This document shows, piece by piece, positions 10,131-18,724 of a DNA stretch of 64,000 nt. Positions within the stretch are counted from its first letter, which is position 1, and each line of letters starts with the position of its first letter. The notes below the pieces were generated by a model. That model made no database searches and had not been told where the DNA came from. It saw nothing but the letters and a program-made list of their open reading frames with translations. Made by a program: the position numbers and the translations under genes. This stretch comes from an uncultured Gammaproteobacteria bacterium. Its GTDB lineage: Bacteria; Patescibacteriota; Patescibacteriia; Magasanikbacterales; UBA922. The DNA lies in assembly GCA_964345045.1 (NCBI GenBank), contig CAYFPM010000003.1:134038-198037 (forward strand), given 5' to 3'.

Positions 10131-10904
10131 CTAAACCCAACGAACAAAAAATAACAAAATTAGTATATATAATACCAGACTAGATCCCAAAAACCACAAT
10201 TGTTTTTTCCACACCACACCTCTAGCTCCAAAATGAAATCTTATCAAAAGCTGTAATACATACCAAACCCAAGTTACAAAAAAACCAGCCGCCAAGTAAC
10301 CAAAAGGCAACAGATGTACTACCCAAACCAACTCTATCATGACAAGAGCTGTTATAGAGATCCATAGCCAATTTCTTTTCCAAGAAAAAGAAAAATACAT
10401 TGACCAAATCATATAAGACAAATAAGCAAACAAAACCCCGGCCAAAATAGTTAACATCCAAAAAGGAACTTTGTTTTGGAAAAAAATATTAAGTGCAAAA
10501 AATGTAGTAACTAGAGCATACGCATCGAACACCCAAAGCACCATCATAAACCGACGAAAAGATTTTTTGCCAATATGTATTAGGGTTCCTTCTATCATCA
10601 TAGTGCGAAACAAAACATACATAGTCAAACCACCCAAGGCAATAAAAAGCCAAAACAAAAATCGCCATTCTACCAAACTCATTAATCCAACAAAAGAAAG
10701 AGCCGTAACAACCAAAACAGGCAAAGCTCTTTGGTGGTGGGGGTGACCTTTGTGAGCTATCCATTCACCAGCTGCCAAAAACAAAAGCCAAACTACCAAT
10801 GCCGCAAAAAATATTTTTATATCTGGAAAATGTTGAATTACAAATAGAGCCAAGCTACTACAAAGCCCCATTGCCCAAGCTAACCATTTTTGTTGTACGG
10901 TCAT
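10131..10904 (-). CDS. Polytopic integral membrane protein (>=7 predicted TM), hypothetical
   Basis: 257-aa ORF dominated by hydrophobic helices. No catalytic motif recognised. Confidence 0.55.
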   Translation of the reverse strand: MTVQQKWLAWAMGLCSSLALFVIQHFPDIKIFFAALVVWLLFLAAGEWIAHKGHPHHQRALPVLVVTALSFVGLMSLVEWRFLFWLFIALGGLTMYVLFRTMMIEGTLIHIGKKSFRRFMMVLWVFDAYALVTTFFALNIFFQNKVPFWMLTILAGVLFAYLSYMIWSMYFSFSWKRNWLWISITALVMIELVWVVHLLPFGYLAAGFFVTWVWYVLQLLIRFHFGARGVVWKKQLWFLGSSLVLYILILLFFVRWV

Positions 10905-10907
10905 AAA

Positions 10908-11372
10908 CTATTCCAAACTAGCTAGTTCCCCTTGTGCTTTTTGAATTAAATTTTTTATATTTGTATCTAGTACACCAGAGCTTGCTTCAACCTCGGATTT
11001 ATTTTTCATTTGGCTAACCTTTAGAAAAAATTCCAAATGCAATTCTCGCATAGAACCAGGCACGCGTATTGCAAAAATTTTTTCTTCGATTTTGTTGATA
11101 TTTTCGTTTTCCAACTCCTGCTGCAAATTTTCTAGCTCGGAAATATAATTTTGCAAAAGCTCTTTGGGAGCAAAAGTTACCGGTTCTGAAATAATTTCTC
11201 TTTTTTGAATCTGATAATTTTCTGTATCCAAAGTACTTTCTTTTTGACTAAAAAAAATAAAAAGCAAAATAACAATTGCCAATAGCAAAAAAATACTGGA
11301 AACCAATTTCCTTTTGTTCATACTTATTATAATTATAAGCTGAATTATAGCTCTTTTTGCTTTATTAAGCAA
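10908..11372 (-). CDS. Membrane-anchored hypothetical protein
   Basis: N-terminal TM (LVSSIFLLLAIVILLFIFF) then a coiled-coil-like region. The start may be the internal Met at ~11321. Confidence 0.45.
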   Translation of the reverse strand: MLNKAKRAIIQLIIIISMNKRKLVSSIFLLLAIVILLFIFFSQKESTLDTENYQIQKREIISEPVTFAPKELLQNYISELENLQQELENENINKIEEKIFAIRVPGSMRELHLEFFLKVSQMKNKSEVEASSGVLDTNIKNLIQKAQGELASLE

Positions 11373-11470
11373 AATTAGGTATAACTAATTCTAAATTATT
11401 TCTATAAAGGGAACAATATTTTTGCAACGAGATGGTAGATTAAGCCCCAAAGTGGTAAAATAAGACAACT

Positions 11471-11917
11471 ATGCCAACTTATGCTATAAACAAAAAAGCC
11501 AAATTTGACTACGAAATTCTAGATACTTTAGAGGCTGGTTTGGTATTGACCGGACAAGAAGTAAAATCTATCCGCACCGGCCATATCAATCTCAAAAGCG
11601 GTTTTATTAGCATTTATGGCGACAATGCCTATCTTACCAATGTGCATATTTCTAAATATAAATATGCTGGGCAGCTAAAAGACTACGAACCAGAACGCAG
11701 CCGTAAACTACTTTTAAAAGCCAAAGAATTGGCTTATTTAAGAGGAAAAAGCCAGGAAAAAGGCTTGACAATAGTACCACTTTCTGTATATACTAAGGGG
11801 CCTCATATTAAGGTAGAAATAGGAATTGGTCGTGGTAAAAAGAAGTATGATAAGAGAAGAACCATAAAAGACCGCGAAACCAAACGAGAGGTAGAGAGGA
11901 AAATGAAAGGAAATTAA
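11471..11917 (+). CDS. smpB: SsrA-binding protein SmpB
   Basis: 148 aa with typical SmpB sequence (KFDYEILDTLEAGLVLTGQEVKS...GKKKYDKRR...). tmRNA lies immediately downstream. Confidence 0.9.
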   Translation: MPTYAINKKAKFDYEILDTLEAGLVLTGQEVKSIRTGHINLKSGFISIYGDNAYLTNVHISKYKYAGQLKDYEPERSRKLLLKAKELAYLRGKSQEKGLTIVPLSVYTKGPHIKVEIGIGRGKKKYDKRRTIKDRETKREVERKMKGN

Positions 11918-11990
11918 TGTACGAAATACGAAAACTACGAAAATACTAAAATTTCGTAATTTCGTATGTTTCGTCATTTCGTACATAAAT

Positions 11991-12387
11991 GGGGATGACA
12001 GGGTTCGATAGACGGACCAAGGTACCTATAAGTGCATGTCGAGGAGGTGAGCTTTCCTCGTAAATACCGGCTCACACTTGATACGTGCAAACGCTATCAG
12101 CCGAATGAAGACTAGCTTGGCTCGCGCCTTTGCTATGCCAGCATTCGCACCTGTTGCCGCTTAATTGCCGCAACCATCGCACCCACGATACTCGATAGTG
12201 GTTCTGCGGTGTTAACTTATCGAGTGTAGGTGTATATACACCTGCCATTATGCACCGAAGTTCTCTGCAGGTAACCAATTACCATTTTTGACACTTTTTT
12301 GTTGGTAGTTGGTATCCTAAAGTGTCTAAACATGTAGATCTTCTAGCTACCCCGCTCTACACCCGGGTTCAAATCCCGGCATCTCCA
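11991..12387 (+). ncRNA. ssrA: tmRNA (ssrA), tag reading frame ANAISRMKTSLARAFAMPAFAPVAA*
   Basis: 5' end GGGGAUGACAGGGUUCGAUAGACGG pairs with the 3' acceptor CAUCUCC, followed by discriminator A. The tRNA-like T-arm is GGGUUCAAAUCCCGG. The resume codon GCA at 12087 lies ~97 nt from the 5' end, and the frame ends ..VAA then TAA at 12162..12164. Position directly after smpB fits. CCA is not encoded. Confidence 0.85.
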
Positions 12388-12462
12388 CGAAAAATGGCGC
12401 AGCCATTCAACAAAACCCAGCACGAAAGTGGTGGTTTTTTGATAAAAAATAAAGTCAAACAA

Positions 12463-12491
12463 TTGACAAAAACGCTAAATTATGCGATACT
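12463..12491 (+). promoter_or_regulatory. Sigma70-like promoter candidate (TTGACA-17-GATACT) upstream of infC
   Basis: TTGACA at 12463..12468 and a -10-like hexamer at 12486..12491. Confidence 0.35.
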
Positions 12492-12516
12492 TGTAGCAAT
12501 CAATAATATTCTAAAC

Positions 12517-13062
12517 ATGAGAATCTCTAGAAAAAAAAGACCAGAAAAACCGATTATCCCCCACTACAGGATAAACGAAAGAATAAACGTACCAGAAGTA
12601 CGAATTTTGGACTTGGAAGGTAACAATCTAGGAGTAATGCCCACCAACGAAGCCTTGGCAAAAGCCAAAGAACAAGAACTAGACCTAGTAGAAGTAAACC
12701 CAAAGGCACAACCTCCGGTTTGTAAAATAATCGATTTTACCAACTTCAAATACCAAAAAGAAAAAGAAGCCAAAAAACAAAAGGCCAAATCTCATGTAAG
12801 CGACACCAAAGGAATCCGCCTATCTGTAAGAATCGGTGACCACGATATGGAAATTCGCAAAAAACAAGCAGAAAAATTCCTAGATAGAGGTGACAAGATA
12901 AAAGTAGAAGTAATCCTAAGAGGTAGAGAAAACGCCAAACCCTCTATGGCCTTTGATGTAATCGAAAAATTTTACCAACTACTAGTAGAATCCAAAGGGG
13001 TAAAATACGAACAAGCCCCAGCCAAACAAGGAAACAAAGTTACCGCCCTAATTACCAAGTAA
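12517..13062 (+). CDS. infC: Translation initiation factor IF-3
   Basis: The ORF-track ORF 12322..13062 starts inside the tmRNA. The IF-3 homology (RINERINVPEVRILDLEGNNLGV...DLVEVNPKAQPPVCKIIDF...) begins near the ATG at 12517 (MRISRKKRPEK...). A non-ATG start nearby cannot be excluded, as is common for infC. Confidence 0.85.
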   Translation: MRISRKKRPEKPIIPHYRINERINVPEVRILDLEGNNLGVMPTNEALAKAKEQELDLVEVNPKAQPPVCKIIDFTNFKYQKEKEAKKQKAKSHVSDTKGIRLSVRIGDHDMEIRKKQAEKFLDRGDKIKVEVILRGRENAKPSMAFDVIEKFYQLLVESKGVKYEQAPAKQGNKVTALITK

Positions 13063-13095
13063 AAAACTAGGCTAAAATTAGCCACAGAAGACAGC

Positions 13096-13124
13096 TTGAC
13101 ACCTGTAGAAAAAGCTGGTATTAT
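13096..13124 (+). promoter_or_regulatory. Sigma70-like promoter (TTGACA-17-TATTAT) upstream of rpmI
   Basis: TTGACA 13096..13101, 17-nt spacer, TATTAT 13119..13124. Confidence 0.45.
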
Positions 13125-13224
13125 GTAGACCTATTGTAAATAGGCACATGGCCGATAGCCAATAGTTCATAAAATTTATACAAAGCCGATTGGCTACGAA
13201 CTATGGACTACGAACTAATATAAT

Positions 13225-13431
13225 ATGCCAAAAATCAAAACTCACAAGGCAACAGCCAAGAGATTTAAAGTAAAAAAATCAAAATCTGGTATCAAAGTTC
13301 TAAAAAGAACAGATGGCCAGGATCATTTTAATGCTCGTCAAACCGGTAAGAAAAAGAGAAACAAAAGATCAGACAAGACCCTAGCCAACGGAGCACATAA
13401 AACCATTATTAAATCTGTACCACACGCTTAA
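13225..13431 (+). CDS. rpmI: 50S ribosomal protein L35
   Basis: MPKIKTHKATAKRFKVKKSKSGIKVLKR... is typical L35. Sits in the conserved infC-rpmI-rplT context. Confidence 0.9.
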   Translation: MPKIKTHKATAKRFKVKKSKSGIKVLKRTDGQDHFNARQTGKKKRNKRSDKTLANGAHKTIIKSVPHA

Positions 13432-13521
13432 AAGAAGCCAAAGAGGCCAAAGAGGCCGGAGAAGCCTAAAAACATCTCCAGCATCTACGGCATCTATAGC
13501 TTCTCTAGCTTTTATAAAAAT

Positions 13522-13866
13522 ATGCCCAGAGTAAAACGTGGATTAATACACAACAAAAAAAGAAGTGCTCTTAAAAAGAGAACTAAAGGTTTTGGACAAG
13601 GCCGCAAAAGCTTGGTAAAACAAGCCAAAACAGCCGACACCAAAGCCGGCATGCACGCTTATCGCGATCGTCGTCGCAAAAAACGCGATTTTCGTCGCCT
13701 ATGGCAAGTTAGAATCAATGCTGCTGTTAGAATGTTCGATACTAGTTACAGCAAATTCATTGGTGGACTAAAGAAAAAAGACGTTGCCCTAGACAGAAAA
13801 GTACTATCCGAAATAGCAGAACAAGAGCCAAAAGTATTTGAAAAGATTGTAGATTTTGTAAAATAA
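13522..13866 (+). CDS. rplT: 50S ribosomal protein L20
   Basis: MPRVKRGLIHNKKRSALKKRTKGFGQGRKS...RDRRRKKRDFRRLWQVRINAA is typical L20. Confidence 0.9.
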   Translation: MPRVKRGLIHNKKRSALKKRTKGFGQGRKSLVKQAKTADTKAGMHAYRDRRRKKRDFRRLWQVRINAAVRMFDTSYSKFIGGLKKKDVALDRKVLSEIAEQEPKVFEKIVDFVK

Positions 13867-13988
13867 AATCAAGCAAAATACCCTAAAATAGGGGTTTGTA
13901 AAAAACAATCCACAGGCAAAAGCACAAAAGCCTTGACAAAAAAAAAATAATGTGCTATTTTGTCTAACAACATAAAGTAATAAATAAA

Positions 13989-14075
13989 GACCTTGATATC
14001 GGTTGGCGAAGGCGGGAGTGCCCCCTCCTTCACTCCATATGCCGCCGCCGACCGTTATCAGGGTCTTTTTTTGTT
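13989..14075 (+). terminator. Long hairpin followed by a T-run; intrinsic terminator after rplT
   Basis: GACCTTGATATCGGTTGGCG ... CGCCGACCGTTATCAGGGTC (G·U-tolerant 20-bp stem with a structured interior GGAGTG..CACTCC) followed by TTTTTTT. Confidence 0.6.
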
Positions 14076-14208
14076 TTTATAAAAACTTTCTCCTCCCCCT
14101 ATTAGGGGGAGTTAGAGGGGGTCTGATATAAGATTTGCCCTAGCTATGATGCACCGTAGTTGACATGATCCTCTTAGAAAGAAATCTTTAATGGTATAAT
14201 TATGCTCT

Positions 14209-14682
14209 ATGCTATTATCCAATAGACGTAATTACAACAAAAGCAACAAAATTACCGCTGTAAAATTCCCTATCTCTGTAAGAGCCAAAAATATCACAAA
14301 AAAGCTTCTAGGCAGCAAATCCGAAGAATCCCGCCAAAGTCTAAGTGACGGCCTATTAGACGAGCTGGCCGACATGGCCGAAATAGATATTGTGAACTTA
14401 AAAATCTCAAAGGCCAAACAATACCACAAAAAGAGAAATGGTCGCGTAGCCTTTAAGCAATATGGCTATTATAAACCTAGGAGTAAATACATCTACATAA
14501 ACAACCGTACCGCAGTCAGAGGCCAAATTTTGGCTCCTAAGACTTTTTTGGACACTCTCCTCCATGAATGGATGCACCACTATGACCATAGCAAATTAGG
14601 GCTAAATTCTATCCATACGGCTGGTTTCTATAGTCGGCTAAAAGATCTAAAAGAAAAACTAGGTTACTTTGATGCCACGTAA
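14209..14682 (+). CDS. YgjP/DUF45-like HExxH zinc-dependent hydrolase family protein
   Basis: LLHEWMHHYDHSKLGLNSIHTAGFYSRL matches the HExxH..(N/D)HS..F(W/Y) signature of the YgjP/M48-like family. Family-level call only. Confidence 0.55.
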   Translation: MLLSNRRNYNKSNKITAVKFPISVRAKNITKKLLGSKSEESRQSLSDGLLDELADMAEIDIVNLKISKAKQYHKKRNGRVAFKQYGYYKPRSKYIYINNRTAVRGQILAPKTFLDTLLHEWMHHYDHSKLGLNSIHTAGFYSRLKDLKEKLGYFDAT

Positions 14683-14687
14683 CAGTG

Positions 14688-14716
14688 TTGACAATTTTTG
14701 TAGAATCTTGTATTAT
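14688..14716 (+). promoter_or_regulatory. Sigma70-like promoter (TTGACA-17-TATTAT) upstream of a small basic ORF and tRNA-Asp
   Basis: TTGACA 14688..14693, 17-nt spacer, TATTAT 14711..14716. Confidence 0.45.
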
Positions 14717-14739
14717 ATTTGCACTTGTAAAAAAACATA

Positions 14740-14865
14740 TGGGAATTAGAAAAAGATTAAGAACCAAGTGGAAAAAAGAAAGAAAAGAAAATATCCGCAA
14801 GGTTAGCGCCCAAAGACTAAAAAAAGCGCAAAAACAAGCTGCCAAGCAAACAGAAGCTGCTTAGT
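14740..14865 (+). CDS. Small basic ORF (41 aa, MGIRKRLRTKWKKERKENIRKVSAQRLKKAQKQAAKQTEAA), possible ribosome-associated/leader peptide
   Basis: Short K/R-rich ORF just downstream of a consensus promoter. It is below the ORF-track size cutoff and has no homology support. Confidence 0.25.
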
Positions 14866-14902
14866 AGTTTAAAAACTAATAATATATTTTAAAAAGCTCT
14901 GC

Positions 14903-14976
14903 GGACCGGTAGTTCAACTGGTTAGAGCACCGCCCTGTCACGGCGGAAGTTGCGGGTTCGAGTCCCGTCCGGTCCG
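14903..14976 (+). tRNA. tRNA-Asp (GTC)
   Basis: GGACCGG|TA|GTTC..GAGC|A|CCGCC CTGTCAC GGCGG|AAGTT|GCGGG TTCGAGT CCCGT|CCGGTCC|G. Nearly collinear with E. coli tRNA-Asp. Anticodon GUC. CCA not encoded. Confidence 0.9.
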
Positions 14977-15002
14977 CTGAGCTTTTTATTTTTTGGATAA
15001 AC

Positions 15003-15031
15003 AAAAACCCTGGATTGAGTCCAGGGTTTTT
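15003..15031. terminator. Bidirectional intrinsic terminator (AAAAACCCTGGATTGAGTCCAGGGTTTTT)
   Basis: 8-bp GC-rich stem flanked by an A-run and a T-run, between convergent tRNA-Asp (+) and ppsA (-). Confidence 0.65.
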
Positions 15032-15059
15032 AAATTAAAAATTGTAAATTTACAATTAA

Positions 15060-18000
15060 CTAAATATCTCCCTCGTCACATACCTGCCAATGCTCTGGCA
15101 CATCGCATGGCGTAGGAAAGGCCTGGCACTGCCCAGCAGAGTTTTGCCTAGCATAGGTAATCACTTGTATACAGGTTCTGCCTTCGCGAATATCCCAGTG
15201 GTTAAGATTACGATCTGGCAAAGACAACTCATCTTTAAAACTAAAACTATCAATAATCTTGTCAAAAACCTCTCGCTCAGTTTGGGCATTGATTTCCAAA
15301 ATATCACCATTGTATTCGAGTTCAACTATAAAAATATCAACATCATTTTCTGGTAGTTTGTCTTGGTAAAATTCTCCATCTACACCTCCAACCGTTATTT
15401 TTTGCCTATCTGACTCTGGCACCGGGTGACTAACAATTTGTTTGAAAACACTTACAAACTCACCAGTGTCTTCGCTTTTCATACTTACTCCGCTATCCCA
15501 GTGTTGCACCTTCCATACACTGGGGTATTGCATAACAAAATCTGCAAAAGTACTTTCTGCGAGCGTAGTCATACGATTGGCGATTTCTTCGTCTTTTTGA
15601 CGCAAAGCTTCTTCGGCATCACGCCTTACTTTTTCGGTTAGACTTTCTCTTAATTCGGCAATAGACGGCTCGGCAGCTTGGCTACGAGAGACTTCGTCGT
15701 AGCCCGTAATACTGGCACACCCCCCACCCAGACCAATAAGACTAGCTCCTATCAAACCAATCGAAACTACCAAACTTAGATACTTCTTGTTGGTCTTTTT
15801 ACCGGTTTTGCCCAATGTCTTTTCTGTATGAGCAATTCTTTCTCTGGTAGAGACTACGGTATCTGGATTGAGCGAGATACTGTCTACTCCTTCTCGTACC
15901 AAAAATTCGGCAAACTCTGGGTAGTCGCTTGGGGCTTGGCCACAAATACCAATTTTTTTCTTGTACTTGTGAGCTACTTTTATTACATTTCTAATCAAAT
16001 TTTTTACTGATTCATTTTTTTCGTCGTAAATATGAGAGACCAAGGCAGAATCTCGGTCTACCCCCAAAGCAAGTTGAGTCAAATCGTTGGAACCAATACT
16101 AAAACCATCAAAAATCTTGGCAAACTCTTCGGCCAAAATTACATTTGAGGGGATCTCGCACATTACATAAACTTGCAAACCATTTGTCCCTCGCTTCAAA
16201 CCAAATTTGGACATAGTTGCCAAAACTTTTTCTCCTTCTTCTGGCGTACGACAAAACGGCACCATAGGGATTACATTATTCAATCCCCATTCTTCTCTTA
16301 CTTTTTTTATAGCTTCACATTCTATCTTAAAACCTTCTTTGTATTCTTTGGAGTAATAACGACTAGCTCCGCGCCAACCTAGCATCGGATTTTCTTCTTT
16401 TGGTTCAAATTCTTTTCCCCCAATTAGAGTGGCGTATTCATTGGTTTTGAAATCACTAAAACGAATAATACAATCATTGGGATAAACAGAGGCAGCCAAC
16501 CTGGCCATACCCTCGGCCAATTTTTCGACTGCATAATCTTTTTTCTTTTTGTAACCTTGAGTTATTTCGGCAATTTTTTTCTTGGCAGCTTTGTCTTTTA
16601 ATTTGTTGTAATTAATAAGAGCCAAAGGATGAATACGAATAAAGTTGGAAAAAATAAATTCTTCTCTGGCCAAACCAATGCCATCATTTGGCAAAAATGA
16701 CATAGCAAAAGCATTGTCCGGATCACCTACATTTAACATTATTTTTGTCTTGGTTTTCTTGGTCTTTTTTATCTCGGTTCTTTTTACTTCGAACGGTAGG
16801 ATCCCGCTATACACATACCCCTCGTCACCTTCGGCGCAACTAACAGTTACTTTTTTGCCGGTTTTTAAAGCTTTTCTGGCTCCCCGAGCGCCTACCAAGG
16901 CCGGTACCCCCAGCTCACGAGAGACAATGGCGGCATGGCTGGTTTTGCCGCCTTGTTCGGTAATAATAGCACTGGCGATTCTCATAATCGGCTCCCAGTC
17001 GGGATCAGTAATTCTAGTTACCAAAATTTCACCTTTTTTAAAGGATTTCATTTGCGCAGGTTTTTCGATTACTCGCACTTTGCCGGCTCCGATTTTTTGT
17101 CCTACGGCTGTTCCGGTCAGTAACACTTTGCCTTTTTTGTTTAATTTGTATTGCTCAATTACAGCGTGATTGGATCTGGCTTTTACAGTTTCTGGTCTGG
17201 CTTGTACAATGTATAGTTTGCCTGTGTTTCCATCCTTGGCCCATTCTATATCTTGAGGTTTTTTGTAATGATCTGCAATCTTCATGGCCCATTTGGAAAG
17301 TTGCATTATATCTTCTTCTGAAATAGAAAATTTATTGCGGTCACTCTTTTTCACTCCTACTTGCAAGGTTCCAGATTTTTTTCCATAAACAAGCTTAACC
17401 TCTTTGCTACCGAGCTGACGACTAATAATTGATTTTTTGCCTTTTTTAATTCCCTCTTTGAAAACATAAAATTGATCGGGTGTTACCCTGCCCTTCACCA
17501 CATATTCACCCAAACCATAAGAAGAGTTGATAAGTATAACTTTGTCAAAACCAGACTCGGTGTCCATAGTAAACATAACTCCACTAGAACCAATATCTGA
17601 TCGGATCATTTCTTGTACTGTGACTGACAAAGCTACATTCAAATGGTCGTAACCAAGACCTTCGCGATAAGAAATAGCTCGGTTGGTAAAAAGAGAAGCT
17701 ATACAATTTTTTACAGCTTTTAATAATTCTTTTTCTCCACGAACATTTAGATAAGTTTCTTGTTGACCGGCAAAACTGGCATCTGGGAGATCTTCGGCCG
17801 TAGCACTAGAGCGTACTGCCACGGAAACATTTTTCTTTTTACCGGATAATTTTTTGTAATCTGCCAAAATTTCTTTTTCAATTTGTTTTGGCAAGGCTGT
17901 TTTTTTTATTAGTTCTCTTATTTTTTTCCCGGCGGCAGACAAAGCTTTTACATCGGTTACGTCTAACCCACTAAGATATTTTTTTATTTTTTTATCAATT

Positions 18001-18209
18001 CCCCCATTTTCTAAAAATTGCCAATAAGCGGCAGCTGTTATGGCGAATCCATTTGGGATAGAGATTCCTTCTTTGGTAAGTTTGGAATACATTTCTCCAA
18101 GAGAGGCATTTTTGCCACCAACCAAAGAGACATCTTTTATTGAGATGTCTTTAAACCATAATGTTAGTTGCTCATTTCTTTTTTTTGTACTCTTTTTTGC
18201 TTTTGGCAT
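15060..18209 (-). CDS. ppsA: Phosphoenolpyruvate synthase (pyruvate, water dikinase) with an unusual ~270-aa C-terminal extension containing a transmembrane helix
   Basis: N-terminal ~780 aa carries the PEP-utilising-enzyme hallmarks: the mobile His domain GGKTSHAAIVSRELGVPALVG and the C-terminal PEP-binding ..IGICGQAPSDYPEFAEFLV. Then comes a TM segment (YLSLVVSIGLIGASLIGLGGGCA) and ~230 aa of unknown domain, ending ..CDVPEHWQVCDEGDI. Confidence 0.85.
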   Translation of the reverse strand: MPKAKKSTKKRNEQLTLWFKDISIKDVSLVGGKNASLGEMYSKLTKEGISIPNGFAITAAAYWQFLENGGIDKKIKKYLSGLDVTDVKALSAAGKKIRELIKKTALPKQIEKEILADYKKLSGKKKNVSVAVRSSATAEDLPDASFAGQQETYLNVRGEKELLKAVKNCIASLFTNRAISYREGLGYDHLNVALSVTVQEMIRSDIGSSGVMFTMDTESGFDKVILINSSYGLGEYVVKGRVTPDQFYVFKEGIKKGKKSIISRQLGSKEVKLVYGKKSGTLQVGVKKSDRNKFSISEEDIMQLSKWAMKIADHYKKPQDIEWAKDGNTGKLYIVQARPETVKARSNHAVIEQYKLNKKGKVLLTGTAVGQKIGAGKVRVIEKPAQMKSFKKGEILVTRITDPDWEPIMRIASAIITEQGGKTSHAAIVSRELGVPALVGARGARKALKTGKKVTVSCAEGDEGYVYSGILPFEVKRTEIKKTKKTKTKIMLNVGDPDNAFAMSFLPNDGIGLAREEFIFSNFIRIHPLALINYNKLKDKAAKKKIAEITQGYKKKKDYAVEKLAEGMARLAASVYPNDCIIRFSDFKTNEYATLIGGKEFEPKEENPMLGWRGASRYYSKEYKEGFKIECEAIKKVREEWGLNNVIPMVPFCRTPEEGEKVLATMSKFGLKRGTNGLQVYVMCEIPSNVILAEEFAKIFDGFSIGSNDLTQLALGVDRDSALVSHIYDEKNESVKNLIRNVIKVAHKYKKKIGICGQAPSDYPEFAEFLVREGVDSISLNPDTVVSTRERIAHTEKTLGKTGKKTNKKYLSLVVSIGLIGASLIGLGGGCASITGYDEVSRSQAAEPSIAELRESLTEKVRRDAEEALRQKDEEIANRMTTLAESTFADFVMQYPSVWKVQHWDSGVSMKSEDTGEFVSVFKQIVSHPVPESDRQKITVGGVDGEFYQDKLPENDVDIFIVELEYNGDILEINAQTEREVFDKIIDSFSFKDELSLPDRNLNHWDIREGRTCIQVITYARQNSAGQCQAFPTPCDVPEHWQVCDEGDI

Positions 18210-18454
18210 AGTTAGTTAGCAGAAGAGTTTTTGAAATATAATTCTGAAATTACTATTTTTGCAGCGAGGACGTTTGCGAGAGCAGAGCGAGCCTGCTTCC
18301 GCAGCAAAAAAATAATGATTTCAGAATATTTCGTAATTCAAACTTATTAAACTTAATTATAGCACACCTAAAATCTTTATTTTTTAACCATCTGGACAAA
18401 TAGTGGATAATGTTTTGGGGCTAAATTATAAATTTATTTACCCTTTTTAACCCT

Positions 18455-18709
18455 TTAATCGTACCTGAGTTTGAGATACAAAATAGATAATGATATTGCA
18501 AAAGCAATTATATTCATAATTATCATTGGGCCGTTGTTTATTGTTAGTCCATAAATAATCCAAAGAATTACCCCCATGATATAAATTATATATCGCCACA
18601 GCGAAAGATCATTTGTAGATTTTGTCTTCCAACTTTTTATAAATTGTGGCAACAAAGAAAAAACTACACAAATTCCTGCCAAGTACCCTATTAAATCAAC
18701 TTGTGCCAT
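18455..18709 (-). CDS. SemiSWEET/PQ-loop family small sugar transporter-like membrane protein (84 aa, 3 TM)
   Basis: Three TM helices in 84 aa with a PQ motif in TM1 (FSLLPQFIKSWKTKSTNDLSL), as in MtN3/SemiSWEET. Confidence 0.55.
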   Translation of the reverse strand: MAQVDLIGYLAGICVVFSLLPQFIKSWKTKSTNDLSLWRYIIYIMGVILWIIYGLTINNGPMIIMNIIAFAISLSILYLKLRYD

Positions 18710-18724
18710 ATTAGAAAAAAATAT

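Noticed and set aside
11918-11990. Tandem heptamer repeats as a possible CRISPR array
   Set aside because: Repeat units are only 7 nt with no spacers. The structure is a single palindromic hairpin, not a repeat-spacer array. No CRISPR array or cas gene occurs anywhere in the window.
12322-12516. N-terminal 65 codons of the ORF-track infC ORF
   Set aside because: This stretch overlaps the tmRNA 3' region, and IF-3 homology begins only near the ATG at 12517. Treated as an artefactual 5' extension.
13921-13975. TTGACA-17-TATTTT promoter-like match between the rplT stop and its terminator
   Set aside because: It sits immediately upstream of the rplT terminator with no downstream gene. More likely a chance match in A-rich sequence.
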